Assembly (NCBI GenBank): GCA_951406725.2
Contig: OX597821.1
Location: 46,066,001-46,130,000, forward strand
From: Octopus vulgaris
Lineage: Eukaryota
Length of the DNA stretch: 64,000 nt
Direction: 5' to 3'
In this document: positions 1 to 14,405 of the stretch, piece by piece
How positions within the stretch are numbered: the stretch's first letter is position 1
How the letters are laid out: the number at the start of each line of letters is the position of its first letter
Made by a program: the position numbers and the translations under genes
The notes under the pieces: generated by a model
The model's input: the letters and a program-made list of their open reading frames with translations, nothing else
Database searches by the model: none
Told to the model about the DNA's origin: nothing

Positions 1-241
1 ACACACAAACACTCGCAAATACACAGATATACTGAAATTGACACACGCACGCTCAAACGACTAAATGCATGTGTTTCCGATGTACTTATATATATATATA
101 TATGTGTGCGTGTGTGTGTATGTGTATGTATATATATATATCTATATCTATCTATTTCTCTATCTATATATATATAGGTGTATGTATATATATATGAAAT
201 AAAGCTTACTTGGAAATGGATGCGTGGCGTTCGATCAGGGG

Positions 242-483
<242 letters not shown>

Positions 484-652
484 GTGGGGTACGTATATAC
501 ATGTTTATGCATGTAGACATACATACAGATACATGTTTATGCATGTATAAGTGCCCGTCGCCTCGTGTATGTGCATGGCGAGCGTGTTGGTGCGCAGGTG
601 CGTGTGTGTGTGTGTGCGTACGTGTGTATGTGTGTATGTGCGTGCGTGTGTG

Positions 653-690
<38 letters not shown>

Positions 691-1297
691 TGTTGTGTGG
701 CTGGCTGGCTGTTGAAGAAGCGATGATTTGTTTATTACAAGCCACTATTGAGTTTTTTTATTTTATTACCTCCACACCTCAGCTTTCTCTCCCTATTCCC
801 CCCACCTTCTCCTCTCTCTTCCTCCCCTTCTTTTCCTTACCACATTCCAAGTGCCAAAGGTTAAAGATAGTGTTTAGATCTGATTGGTTTACTTCTCTCT
901 TCCTTTCCCTCTCATTACGCCTCTCTCTCTTTCTCTTTTTCTGCTGCTTGTGTGTTTTTTTTTTCCTTTTTATATTTCTCTCTCTCTTTCCCAATCGCTT
1001 CCCTCTCCCACCACCACCACCACCACCATATCCAATTTCTATATGTCCACTTTTTTCTCCTTCTGTCTCTCTGTCTCTCTCTCTCTCTCTTTACCTATTC
1101 CCTCTCATTCACTATTCCTCTTATTCTCTCTTACCCCACAATCCCCGATATATATATACACGTATATATATATATATATACATACACACACACACATATA
1201 TATACATGTATATATATATACATACACACATAAAGACACACACACACATATATATATATGTATATATATATATACATAAACAGACATAAACACACAC

Positions 1298-1332
<35 letters not shown>

Positions 1333-1380
1333 TATATATGTATATATATACATACACACACTCACACATACATACACATA

Positions 1381-1469
<89 letters not shown>

Positions 1470-2454
1470 CCCTTAACAGGCACCGACGTATTTGTCTTTT
1501 CCTTGTTACAAAGCCTCCTCCCGTTGCTAATACAGTTTTAATGCTATGTCCAAAACGATGACATGGCGAGGAACGACGGGATAGCTTCTACCGGATAAAT
1601 CAGGCACTATATCACATAAACCGGCTGGCTTGACATTTTCACTCCTCACCCTAGCATATTTCTTTCTCTCTCTCTCTCTCTCTCTTCTCTTTCTTTTCCC
1701 TCCTCCATAGCAACATAATACTTTTCTTTAAACCTCTCTTTGTTATTCTAGTCGTTGCAATCGTTCACTCCCTCACTATTACACACACACACGTTCTCTG
1801 TCTCTCTCTTTCTTCTTCTTCTTCTTCTTCTTCTTCTTCTTCTGTTCTTCACCATTTTTCACAAATATATTTTTTCAATATCTATCACTATTCTAATGAT
1901 TTACTACCATTCCCTGTTACGCATTCTTTTTAAAAATCTTTCAATTCCTTCCCCTACCATCCAATCTTTCAGCTTTCCCACACTCTCCTCTCACATTTTA
2001 TTTCACTAGCTCCCTCTCTCTCTCTCACACACACACTCTCTCACTCTGTATGTCTGTCTCATTCCAATATCTCTCCCCTTGCTTTTTAACATGCTCTTTC
2101 ACTCTTTCTGCTCCTCTCGCATTCCCTACCAGCCCAACCCCACCCTTTCCCACATACTACACCACTCCACAATGCTCCCACCACCACCACAACCACAACC
2201 AGCATCAGCAGCAGCACGTCTCAATTTCATTCTCTTACTCTCTCACCCTCCTTTTCCCCTCTGATTCGTTTCGGCAATATCTAATTCGTTCTGTCATTCT
2301 TACAACACTTTTCCATGCCATCCTCTCTCTCTCTCTCTCTCTCTTTCTCTCTGTCTCTCCTGTTACTTTATCTTTTCAGTTCTTTTATCTTATTCCATTT
2401 GATTCTCTATTCCTCTACCTACCTACCTACCTACCTACCTACCTACCTACCTAC

Positions 2455-2485
<31 letters not shown>

Positions 2486-2494
2486 CCTACCTAC

Positions 2495-2561
<67 letters not shown>

Positions 2562-2607
2562 GTTAATTTTGTAATTATCTATCAACCTATCAACATATGT
2601 ATATGTT

Positions 2608-2712
2608 GAACGCGATGCATCCATTTCCAAGTAAGTTATGTATGTATATATATATATATATATACATGCATACATACATAAACTTACTTGGAAATGGATG
2701 CGTCGCGTTCAA
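2608..2712. repeat. Inverted repeat (about 32 bp arms) flanking a microsatellite
   Basis: ttgaacgcgatgcatccatttccaagtaagtt ... aacttacttggaaatggatgcgtcgcgttcaa, one mismatch; third copy near 203-232. Confidence 0.9.
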
Positions 2713-2741
2713 TTAAATAATAAATAGTAAATAATATATAA

Positions 2742-2791
<50 letters not shown>

Positions 2792-2963
2792 CACCTGAGC
2801 GTCTGCTAATATTTTGTGTGTACCACGTCCTCGCGTTGTTGTTTTTTCTTGTGTATGTTCTTCGTTTTTGGGAATTTACTATATATATATATATATATAT
2901 GTGTGTGTATATATATATATATATATAGGTATATGTATGTATATATGTATTCTATATATATAT

Positions 2964-2994
<31 letters not shown>

Positions 2995-3705
2995 CATATA
3001 TACATATATATTTGTATATATATATGTATGTATATATGTATATATATATATAAATATATATATATACGTATATACTTATCATGCTCCCACTTTACTATCT
3101 CTTAATGTGTCACAATTTTCATCCACCTACCCCTCTCACTCTCTCTCTCTCTCTCTCTCTCTCTCGTTCAGACCTTCCATTCCTCCTCCTCCTCCCCTTC
3201 TTCATTCTCTCACTCATTACATCCCATTTTTTACTAATACTCTACATAACTCTCAAACCTCCGCTGCTCTTCCCCCCCCTCCACCACCACCCTTATCCTT
3301 CACATTCCCCCACACATACACATACACACCTCCTCCTCCCTCCTCTCCCATACCCCCCACCTAGCTCCCCTCCCCCATTGTATTCAGGAAATTTCTTTTC
3401 CTCTCTTTCTCCTTTTTCTTCTTTTATTCGTTTTGTTTATTCTCTTAGATAAAGATTCTTCCTTTTTTCCCTTTCACACTTTACCGACCTCACATTCTCT
3501 TTCCCTCCGCCCTCACCTACTTCCTTACTCTATATCTACCTCACACACACACTCTCTCACACTCTCTCCCTCTCTGCCTCTGACTATCCCTCTTCTTCTC
3601 TTACTTCTATCTCCCTCTTACTACCTTACCCTCTCTCCTCTCTCTCTCACACTTTGTATCCATTTCGTTTTCTCTTTTCTTTAGTATTTATTTCTCTTTT
3701 ACTTC

Positions 3706-3738
<33 letters not shown>

Positions 3739-4075
3739 TTGCTCTATTTTTCTTCATTCCCCCCCTCTCTTTATTATCTTTTCTACACCTTTTACTCTTT
3801 GGTGTGTGTGTTCTTTTTAACTTACTCCCTTCGCTTAAGTATGTGTAAGTGCGTGTGTGTATGTGTGTGTCTGTGTGTGTGTGTGTGTATGTGCGTATAT
3901 ATATATATATATATATATATATGCGTGTGGTGTATGTGTGTGTGGTTAGTTTATGATCTCTGTGCCTTCTCCCTTCTCTTTCATCGCATACATGCAAGCA
4001 TACATTGTATATACATCCACACGCATACACTCTCTCACACACACGCATATTCACTAATAATCTCTCTCACTCTCA

Positions 4076-4157
<82 letters not shown>

Positions 4158-5209
4158 TGTTTCTAGTAGTATCTGTTCTCTCCCCTCCTTTGCTTTGCTT
4201 TTTCCAGTTTTCCCCCTCTTATCCACTCTATCATTTCTATTGACACTCTCCCTTTTCCCCTCCGTCTGTTACTCTTCTAATCCTCTTCTTTATCCACTCT
4301 CTTTTTCTCTCTCTCTCTCTCTCACTCAATCGTTTTTCCATTTTCCTTCCTCTCCCTTCTCTCCCTCTATCTCTTACAGACCCACCCCCACACCAACTTA
4401 CCGCTCCGCCCATGCTCAATGACCTCTGTCTATTTATAGAGGAAAGCACTTCTGTTCTCACACATACTGAGGGAGAGCGGGAGGGTGGGGGGATGAAGCC
4501 TTTTATTTTTTTTTACTCTTATATTCTTTTGTTTATCGTGTATTGTTCTTTTTTTAAAACTCCTCTTCCTCCTTCAGTTACAGATATTCTTTTTTACTTT
4601 TCTGCTCTGTTTGTTTCGTTCTTTATTTTAGTTTTCTTAACTCCCATCTTCTTCCTCATCCTTTCCCCCTTTTCATTCGTTCTTTAGCAATTCCTTCCTT
4701 CGTTCACATTCTGAATTAGGGCACACACATTAAGAAGTTAGAGTTTCTCTGCTCTCGCTTATTACATTCCTCGTATCTCCAAGTCGAAAGCACTTCGGCA
4801 ATGTCCGTCTAAAATCGGCAATTGCCGTATAAGCTCCATTGAAAACCCCTTTTGTATATTATGTAGCGTAGTATTATTTTTTCCCGTCTATTTTGCTCTT
4901 ATTTTCTTTTCCGTTCCTCATAAATAATCTTTAAATGAATTCTATAAATAAAGACGACCACAACAATAGTAACGTTCACATTAGCAGCGGTTTATTCCTT
5001 TAATTCACCTTAAAAAATGATAATAATACTGATTTTGATGGGAGTGGGTCAGTCGATACACTGACTCTTCTAGTACTTTGATAGTACTTCATAAGCAAAA
5101 TTCATGGGACTTGAATTCAGATCGGAAAGAGTTAGAACGAAATTCGCAAAGCATTTTATTCGGCGGTCTAACGATTAGCATTGATATCATGATAATATAT
5201 ATGTGTGTG

Positions 5210-5294
<85 letters not shown>

Positions 5295-5305
5295 GTCTGT
5301 CTATC

Positions 5306-5396
5306 TACACACACACACACACGAAAGTGAGTCAGAAAGTAATGCAGATCAAAATTGCATTACTTTCTGACTCACTTTCGTGTGTGTGTGTGTGTA
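5306..5396. repeat. Perfect hairpin, possible minimal mariner-type MITE
   Basis: cgaaagtgagtcagaaagtaatgca / tgcattactttctgactcactttcg with 9 bp spacer; matching (CA)n and (TG)n flanks extend the arms to 41 bp and end in TA. Confidence 0.85.
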
Positions 5397-5436
5397 TGTC
5401 TAGATAAATAAATGAATATCTATCTATCCATCTATC

Positions 5437-5561
<125 letters not shown>

Positions 5562-5589
5562 GCACATATATTGATAAATAAACTGTGCC

Positions 5590-5638
<49 letters not shown>

Positions 5639-6063
5639 AAAAACCAGCATAAATTTTTAGATATAATTATGCGTCTATATTATTGTTTGCTTTATGTAAA
5701 ATTATATACAAAGAGGTATTAAATTTGCGCGCTCCTACGTGTGGGTGAGAGAGAGAGAGAGAGGAGGGAAAGAGAGACAGAATGAGGAGGGAAAGAGAAA
5801 GAGAGAATGAGGAGAGAAAGAGAGAGAGGGAGAGAGAGTGTGTGTGTGCCTGTGTGTTGTGTGTGCGCGCGCTCGTATGTACTAAGATCTTACAGTCGAA
5901 TTTTATTGGCGAATTACTGGGACATTAAAATTTCCTAATCTGCATACGAGGAGAGAGAACATGCACTTCATTACTTTATCAGTGAGTTCATTATTTAAAT
6001 CACATCGCAGAGCTTTACTGACTGAGTGAGGGGTTATTCGACTGAAACCTTGGTTTTACTCTT

Positions 6064-6140
<77 letters not shown>

Positions 6141-6548
6141 CTCACGCTTACGCACGCACGCACGCGTACACACACAAACTTTTCTTCTTCTTTTCGTTCT
6201 CTCTCTCTCTCTCACTCAAAACACATTTTTATTGATGTCTGTATCTGTTACTCTCTTCTTCTTCTCTCTTTCCTTTCCCCTCTCTTTTGATCAATGTGTG
6301 TGTGCCTCACTTCATAAACACATTACATACAACACATACACACACATATGGTTCACACGCGCACACACCGTTGTGTAATGGAAAGTATGTTTTACGTGCT
6401 GTTGCCTCTGTGTGTGTGTATATATATATATAAATATATATATATGTGTGTGTGTGTGTGTGTAAGTATTTACTGTGTTCGAGTGTTCGTAACAATGAAT
6501 ATTTACAACGTCGAAATTATACATTGCAAATGAAGGAAGTCTCTCTCT

Positions 6549-6656
<108 letters not shown>

Positions 6657-7024
6657 CTATCTGTCTGTGTCTGTTTGTGTGTTCAAGACATGATAATGAA
6701 GAATTGAGAATTAAGCATATTTTGAAATTTATTTGTTAACATATTTTTCTTCCTTATTCCACGAAGAAAATACGTTAATGAATAAATAAATTTTTGAAGA
6801 TCTGTAAATTCTCCATTCTTCATTTTGACGTTTCGGTTCTGCTGCATGAAATGTAAATGATGCGAAATGAGGATTAACCTCTTGAATGAAGTACGATTCT
6901 GAATGTTCGCTATCATTTGATGTGGGTAGCCAGATCTGGATTGCATCAGAGTGCTTCTTGCTCATACGGTATCTTTCCCAGATTTTAAATCCCTATTCCT
7001 TTACGATATATGTGTGTGTATGTC

Positions 7025-7067
<43 letters not shown>

Positions 7068-7238
7068 GTATGTGTAAGCACATACTCCTATAAAATACAG
7101 ACACCACACACACACACACACACAGACAGACATGCATTCAAACACACATACACGTATTCACTGACAAAGAAGCGAGAGGAAATGTACGGCGAGTGAGACT
7201 GCTGCTATGAGAGTTGGCTGTGCACTGAGCTAACCAGG

Positions 7239-7270
<32 letters not shown>

Positions 7271-7548
7271 CAGAAGGAGAGGAGAGAACGAACGAATATA
7301 CAAAGATAATATGGCCACCAGGAGGAGAAATATACAAGTTACAGTGACAAAGCGAGAGGGGAGAGAGAAGAGTAGGAGAAAAGCACTTGCACAGAGAGAG
7401 AGAGAGAGGCAGTGATGCACGAGTATAGATAGGAAAACATACACGCACACACACACACAAAGGGAAAGAGAGACTTACAAGGTACACACTCACACGTACA
7501 CGTACACATACGCACATATACACTCAAACACACACGCATGCAGACACA

Positions 7549-7609
<61 letters not shown>

Positions 7610-7759
7610 GTGCATTACATTGAGGTTTTTCAACGTTTTGGTTTACAAGCGATCACACAGGCCAGACACACACACAGACACACCGATGGAAAGAAAGATT
7701 GGTAGATAGATAGAGAGACAGACAGACGGACAGAAAGACAAACAGACAGACAGACAGAC

Positions 7760-7833
<74 letters not shown>

Positions 7834-7843
7834 GTAGATAGAT

Positions 7844-7895
<52 letters not shown>

Positions 7896-7915
7896 CTAGA
7901 TAGATAGACAGACAG

Positions 7916-7982
<67 letters not shown>

Positions 7983-8051
7983 CGGAGAGAGAGAGGGGGA
8001 GGAACTCACTTGAATTGACATAACTAGGTTCTGAAAAATTACCACAATACA

Positions 8052-8120
<69 letters not shown>

Positions 8121-8680
8121 AAGAGTGAGAGAGAAGGAGAGTACATTTATGTACATAGATAGAAACAGCTTTTCGACGCCAGCACAAACACACACGCTCG
8201 TAGACTGAGACGATAAATGCATGCAGCTACACCCATACAAGACCGATTAACACAGACACGTACACACACACACACACACACACACGCGCGCGCGCACGTC
8301 CAAGGACACACCCACAGACACACTGACACGAAGAATGATGGAAAATATATTCAAAAGCACGCACACGTAGAAAGAAGCAGGTTGTGAACGACGCTATACA
8401 CTCACACATTTTATACACTGCAAATAAGTACATGATAACCATAGTATTTATATATTCACAATTTTAAAAATGTCGATGAGCGAGTGTGTGTATGTGTGTA
8501 CATACGTATATATATGTATACACACAGACACAGACACACACACACATATATATATGTATATACATTTACACACATGTATATATATGTATGTATATAGATA
8601 TATATATTTTTAAAATGTCGATGAGCGAATGTGTGTATGTGTGTACATACATATATATATATATATATGTATACACACAG

Positions 8681-8711
<31 letters not shown>

Positions 8712-8745
8712 CATTTATATGTGTATGTATATATATATATATATG

Positions 8746-8811
<66 letters not shown>

Positions 8812-8839
8812 TATGTATATATATATTTATATATATATG

Positions 8840-8884
<45 letters not shown>

Positions 8885-8977
8885 GCACACACACAAGTAA
8901 GCACATTAATGCAAAGACAAGGTGGAAAAATAATAGTACTCGAATACCGAAGGTAGAGTTATATGCTTTTTTGTTTA

Positions 8978-9153
8978 TTAAAGCTGAAAAATCATTCCCA
9001 AAAATTGCTACTCAGAGTTTGATATTGCCGTTCGTTGTGCAATTGTGATCCAAGAATGGAATAAAACTTATTCCATTCTTGATCACAACTGCCCAACGAA
9101 CAGGAACGTGAAACTCCGAGTAGCAGATTTTTGTAATGTTTTTGCTGCTTTAA
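8978..9153. mobile_element. Fold-back palindromic element with mirrored hammerhead-like motifs (probably PLE-derived)
   Basis: About 85 bp imperfect arms centred on aataaaacttatt; motif at 9089-9126 (+), mirror at 9005-9042 (-). Confidence 0.7.
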
Positions 9154-9154
9154 A

Positions 9155-9232
<78 letters not shown>

Positions 9233-9304
9233 CAAAAAATTCAGGGTGAATACTTGATAATTGTAAGCACCTGTATATGACATTTAGTGGTGTAGGTGAT
9301 AGAG

Positions 9305-9532
9305 TATATTTATCAAAATAAAAACATGATGCACAGGATTTAGCGGTACATATGTTTCGGGCCTTTATTAGACTTGCATCCCCAACGTAAAACTTATAAT
9401 GTAATACATGTACTTGAAGTAGTAATTGTACGCGGCTGAAGAAGGCTATAGACACACATTTACATCAATTACGTCTAATAAGGGGCCGAAACATATGTAC
9501 CGCTAAATCCTTTGCATCATGTTTTTATTTTG

Positions 9533-9541
<9 letters not shown>
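9305..9541 (+). mobile_element. PLE-like terminal fragment with inverted partial duplication
   Basis: 9305-9373 is the reverse complement of 9473-9541 with few mismatches; runs into (TA)n; contains a hammerhead motif. Confidence 0.75.
9432..9503 (+). ncRNA. Type I hammerhead ribozyme-like motif
   Basis: GCGG-CUGAAGA-A-GGC...GCC-GAAA-CAUAUG-UA-CCGC: stem I GCGG/CCGC, palindromic stem III, GUA triplet. Confidence 0.7.
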
Positions 9542-9606
<65 letters not shown>

Positions 9607-9786
9607 GTATATGTATATGTATGTATGTATGTATGTAGGCGTAATGTAGCAGTTTGGCGAAAGATAAGGATAAAACTAAGTACCAAGCTTGAATAAAATT
9701 AAGTACTGGGCTCGACCTTTCCCACTAAATATTCTTCAAGTCGACAGCCAAGCATGGCTGCAGGCTAATGACGAAAGAAGAAAAGG

Positions 9787-9841
<55 letters not shown>

Positions 9842-9861
9842 TCGTATATATAAATCATATT

Positions 9862-9922
9862 GGTGTTACTCTGGGTTTCACATCCATTAAGATCTTAGCT
9901 TTAAGCGTTTCATCAGAAACCT
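9862..9922 (-). ncRNA. Degenerate hammerhead-like motif
   Basis: Minus strand CUGAUGA-A-ACG...UGU-GAAA-CCCAGAG-UA; stem I weak. Confidence 0.4.
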
Positions 9923-9977
9923 AAAACTTTTGGCCTATGGCCTCAATAGCAACGAGGGTTACCTCATAGACTGGCCA

Positions 9978-10132
<155 letters not shown>

Positions 10133-10178
10133 CTTCAACACACTAATCGACATATACCCATTAGTCCAAAAGATGGCC

Positions 10179-10241
10179 AGATAATCGAATAGATGGTGTT
10201 GTGGATTTCCACTTCGGCATCTGAAACTCAGAGTTTTATCT
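10179..10241 (+). ncRNA. Hammerhead-like motif with variant core (second copy at 17891-17950, minus)
   Basis: AGAUAA-core-AGAUG...CAUCU-GAAA-CUCAGAG-UU-UUAUCU; 6 bp stem I in both copies. Confidence 0.55.
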
Positions 10242-10384
10242 TGACTATTGAGTAATTGTAACATATTATTTTATAGATAAATTTCCTCTATTTACATAAT
10301 ATTGAGGTCGCTTTCTTTCTTTTGTTATGTTACCGTTTTTACCAATATATATATAGATCTATATTTAAGAAATGAGGAATTGTG

Positions 10385-10605
10385 TACATTATTTACGGTA
10401 TTTGCATTTGACGGATATTTGTCCCCATCTTGTTTGTTGTTAACACAACGTTTCGGCTGATATACTCTTCAGCCTTCAACAGGTGACTTGGGGAAATTTG
10501 GAAACTTCCCCGAGATACCTGATGAAGGCTGGAGAGTATATCAGCCGAAATGTTGTGCTAACAACAAACAAGATGAGGACGAATGTCCGTCAAATGTAAA
10601 TAATG

Positions 10606-10607
<2 letters not shown>
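10385..10607. mobile_element. Fold-back palindromic element with mirrored minimal hammerhead motifs
   Basis: About 100 bp arms; CUGAUGA-A-GGCUG...CAGCC-GAAA at 10519-10550 (+), mirror at 10442-10487 (-); followed by (TA)n. Confidence 0.75.
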
Positions 10608-10663
<56 letters not shown>

Positions 10664-10950
10664 GAAAAATACAAACTGGGACAAGAACGTAAAACATTTA
10701 GAAGACGATAAAAAAAACACGAAGCCTTCAATCTTCAGTCAAGAACCGGATCATCCTAGCAATTTCGGCTGATTAATCTTGAGATCGCTCCGATCCGGCC
10801 AGCCCCAAGGAAAAACTAAGCTACGAGCATTAGATTTCTTGGAAGAAGGATCGAATGTATACGAAACAGGGACAGAAAAACGGACGATGCCACACGAATA
10901 TAAAATACAAAAAACAATAATGGTAAAAACAGGACAAAAACAGCGGGTGT

Positions 10951-11020
<70 letters not shown>

Positions 11021-12156
11021 CATATGTGTGTGTGAGCGTGTCTGTGTGAGTGTATGTGTGTGCGTGTGTGTGTGTCTGTGTGTGTATGTGTGTGTATATG
11101 TGCATACTTATATATTAACATATGCTTATGAACTTCATCAGCGAAGAGTTGTTTCTGCAATAAGATGCAGTGAACTCATTAGTTGAATGTTTGATTGACA
11201 CCTCATAGCTTCATCGGAGCCTTAAAATGTTCTCCATGCATCTAATTCCTTTTGTTTATATGTTGTGTTTGCATATTATGTTTTTATGTATGTAATATGC
11301 ATGCGTATATATATGTATGTATGGTGCATATATCTATGTATCTATTCATGTCTATGTATATATCTATCTACATATAGATACATACATACATTCATACATG
11401 CGTATGTGTGTATATGTATATATATATATATGTATATGTATATATATATATACTAAGTAATTAAGGGTTTAGCAACGATTTGCCTCACCACACACCGAGT
11501 TTAGAAATAGCAGTCAAAGAGTTCTGGCTATTCTTTCTACTTAAAAGGGAGATCTCAGTAAAACCACAGCACTATATATTGATATTGATATTGATATATA
11601 TACATACATGCATGCACACTTACGTACATACATACATACATACATGCATACATACATACATTCATACATACATACATATACATAAATTCATACATATACA
11701 TACATACATACATAAATAAATACATACATACATACATACATACATACATACATGCATGCATGCATACATACATACATATACATACATACATACATATACA
11801 TACATACATACATACATGCATACATATACATACATAATATATACATACATACACATACATACATAAATACATACATACATACATACATAAATACATACAT
11901 ACATACATACATACATACATACATACATACATACATACATACATACATACATACGGGATATAAATGTAATATATGGATATATTACTAAGTTAGCTGTCCG
12001 GATTTGTATATCAAAAGTATTTAGTCGAAGCAGATAGTGGATTTGGTTAAACAAGAACTATATCGAGTTGAACTTGTACTTAATTTTTTTCTGCATTCCA
12101 AGTATTATACATGCATAAAATAACTGGCTTCTATAATCTGACCTGATGCACTTGCA

Positions 12157-12249
<93 letters not shown>

Positions 12250-13042
12250 ACACACAGGCACGCATGCACGCGCGCACACACATACATATATACATACGTT
12301 CATACATACATAAGGACACAGAGGGTAACATAAATACATGCGTATATACATACAAACATTTATACACTCATGGACACATACAAATATACAAACCCACTCA
12401 ATTACATTCATATTTTCATTCATACACACTAGTACTCCACAAGCATTCACACATACATACACATACACATACACGCATATTGGTGTGTCTGTGTGCATGT
12501 GTGTACACACACACATATACATATTTGCAAACACACACACACATGAATACTTACTGACATATACATAGTTACGTGCGCGCGCATGCACATGTAATCACAT
12601 GCGTGGTCACATGGTCCTATGTGCTGAAAGACAAATCACAAACACATATACCACGAAAATACAGGCACAAATACAAATATACAAAGACACTAACTGTTGG
12701 TAACATATGAAGCCTTACAGTGAAGTGGGACCGTTGTATTCTCTAGTACATTTCAGAGTTCGTTTCTCTCATATATCTAACCATTTTAAAGATGGATTTG
12801 GAGAAGATTTGGTTTTAGTTTCTTCCGTTCGATTCTACCAGAAACTGCTTCTTTGTTACAATAAGTATTTTAAATAATATAATAACAAAATACTATATAA
12901 AACACATGCATATATACATACATATATGTACATACCTACATCTATATGTATATATATGTGAATATAAACAAAGGGTAATAATATGGATTACTACCAGTGG
13001 CCCAGCACAAAAGACGAATTAGTCATTAGACAAAATATTATT

Positions 13043-13195
13043 CATATAGAAATATAATTAAGGGCTCCAAAATAAGGATGCCAAGTGCTAGGGGCACAAA
13101 AAAAGGATAGATTCACTCTCGATAAATCTATCCTTTTTTTGTGCCCCTAGCACTTGGCATCCTTATTTAGGAGCCCTTAATTATATTTCTATATG
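13043..13195. repeat. Near-perfect palindrome, about 71 bp arms, 11 nt loop
   Basis: catatagaaat...ggatagatt / aatctatcc...atttctatatg; adjoining 12960-13030 resembles about 20125-20190 in reverse. Confidence 0.92.
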
Positions 13196-13544
13196 TATAT
13201 ATACATGCATATATAGATACAGGACACCAAAAGAAAAAAAACGTTGAACACAATGAGAAACGAAAACATAAAAACAAAAACATGGAAACGGACTTTTTTT
13301 AAACATCGAAAAAACAGAGTACAAGACATACAACACAAGGAATATTCCCCTTCTTCAGTTGACCCCGTTTCGGCTACTCCGCGTTTCGAAGGTAAGGGCC
13401 TACACTGCAACTCCAGGCAAATAACATGAACGGGCATTTCCTGAATTTCACAAAGAAGTCAGGAGTGTAAGTAAGTAAGTCGAAGATTTTCTCCTTTAGA
13501 TCATGATTTCGAGTCCATTCGTTCTATCACTCTTAAAAGACAAT

Positions 13545-14405
13545 AGGGAAATCTAAAACCTCAAAATCCTCTGGGCCAGACAAAATCCCTAACATAGATC
13601 TAAAATAACTAAGGAATTATTGTACTCACAACTACTCCGACTAATACTGTAAAACTTAAAGAATTTAAAAGTTAGTCTCTAATATTACAGAATTGAAACT
13701 TAGCAAAACCCCAATTGAAGCAACAGCATACAGACCATTGTCTTCCCTATATACACTCTCAGAAATTCTAGAAAGGTTAGTCCTTGACATCATTAACTCA
13801 CATCCTTCCGCTTGAATCACAACACGGGTTCAGCCCACACGACTCACAAACTTATCAAACTTGTCTCAGAAATGCTATCGGCAAAGCTTTTTGAATCCAT
13901 TCCTTGATATATACTTTCATACAAAAAAAGAAAAGAAGAGAAAAAAAAAACCTTTAACACTGCCTTAAGAAACATCATAGCACTCTGGCTGCTAAATAAC
14001 ATGTCAGGATGCCAAGCCTATTTAATAAACAAGAACAACACTTTATTAACGTTCAGTTTCCCGAACGGAGTGTCACAGGGATTCATTTCTCATAAACTCT
14101 TCCAATGTTTGTGACTTTCCCCCAATTTTATAACATAACACCTAGAAGCAGCCTTATATGTTTATGGCATTTTACTCCCACCCTGTGTCCATTCTCCAGA
14201 CACTGTTACATAGCTACTTCAGTGCTGCTTGTAATAAGTTGGCTTCCTACCAACAGGCTTAAAATAGCACATACTAAACCCATTGGCTCCTTGCTTACCA
14301 GTAACACCAGAGAACATCAATACATATAACCATCATATTAACGACATAAACACACCATACACATAACACTCAGAAGACACAAAAGGTAGGAGTTACATCC
14401 TTACC
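13545..14405 (+). pseudogene. Degenerate non-LTR retrotransposon reverse transcriptase
   Basis: Ordered fragments across frames: KSSGPDKIPN, YRPLSSLYTLSEILERLV, QHGF, KAF-like, NGVSQG, NRLKIAHTK; many stops. Confidence 0.75.

Noticed and set aside
6729-6965. AEPKRQNEEW resembling mariner PETKRQS.EW, and a GAAACGUC half-hammerhead
   Set aside because: Single short motif without supporting context; no recognisable ribozyme core
7312-7329. CTCF-like motif tggccaccaggaggagaa
   Set aside because: Mismatches at key positions; expected by chance in 64 kb
10715-10815. GGCUG...CAGCC-GAAA stem on the minus strand, and gaagg...ccttc-gaaa near 30380-30428
   Set aside because: Stem plus GAAA is present but no core in the correct position; not counted as hammerheads
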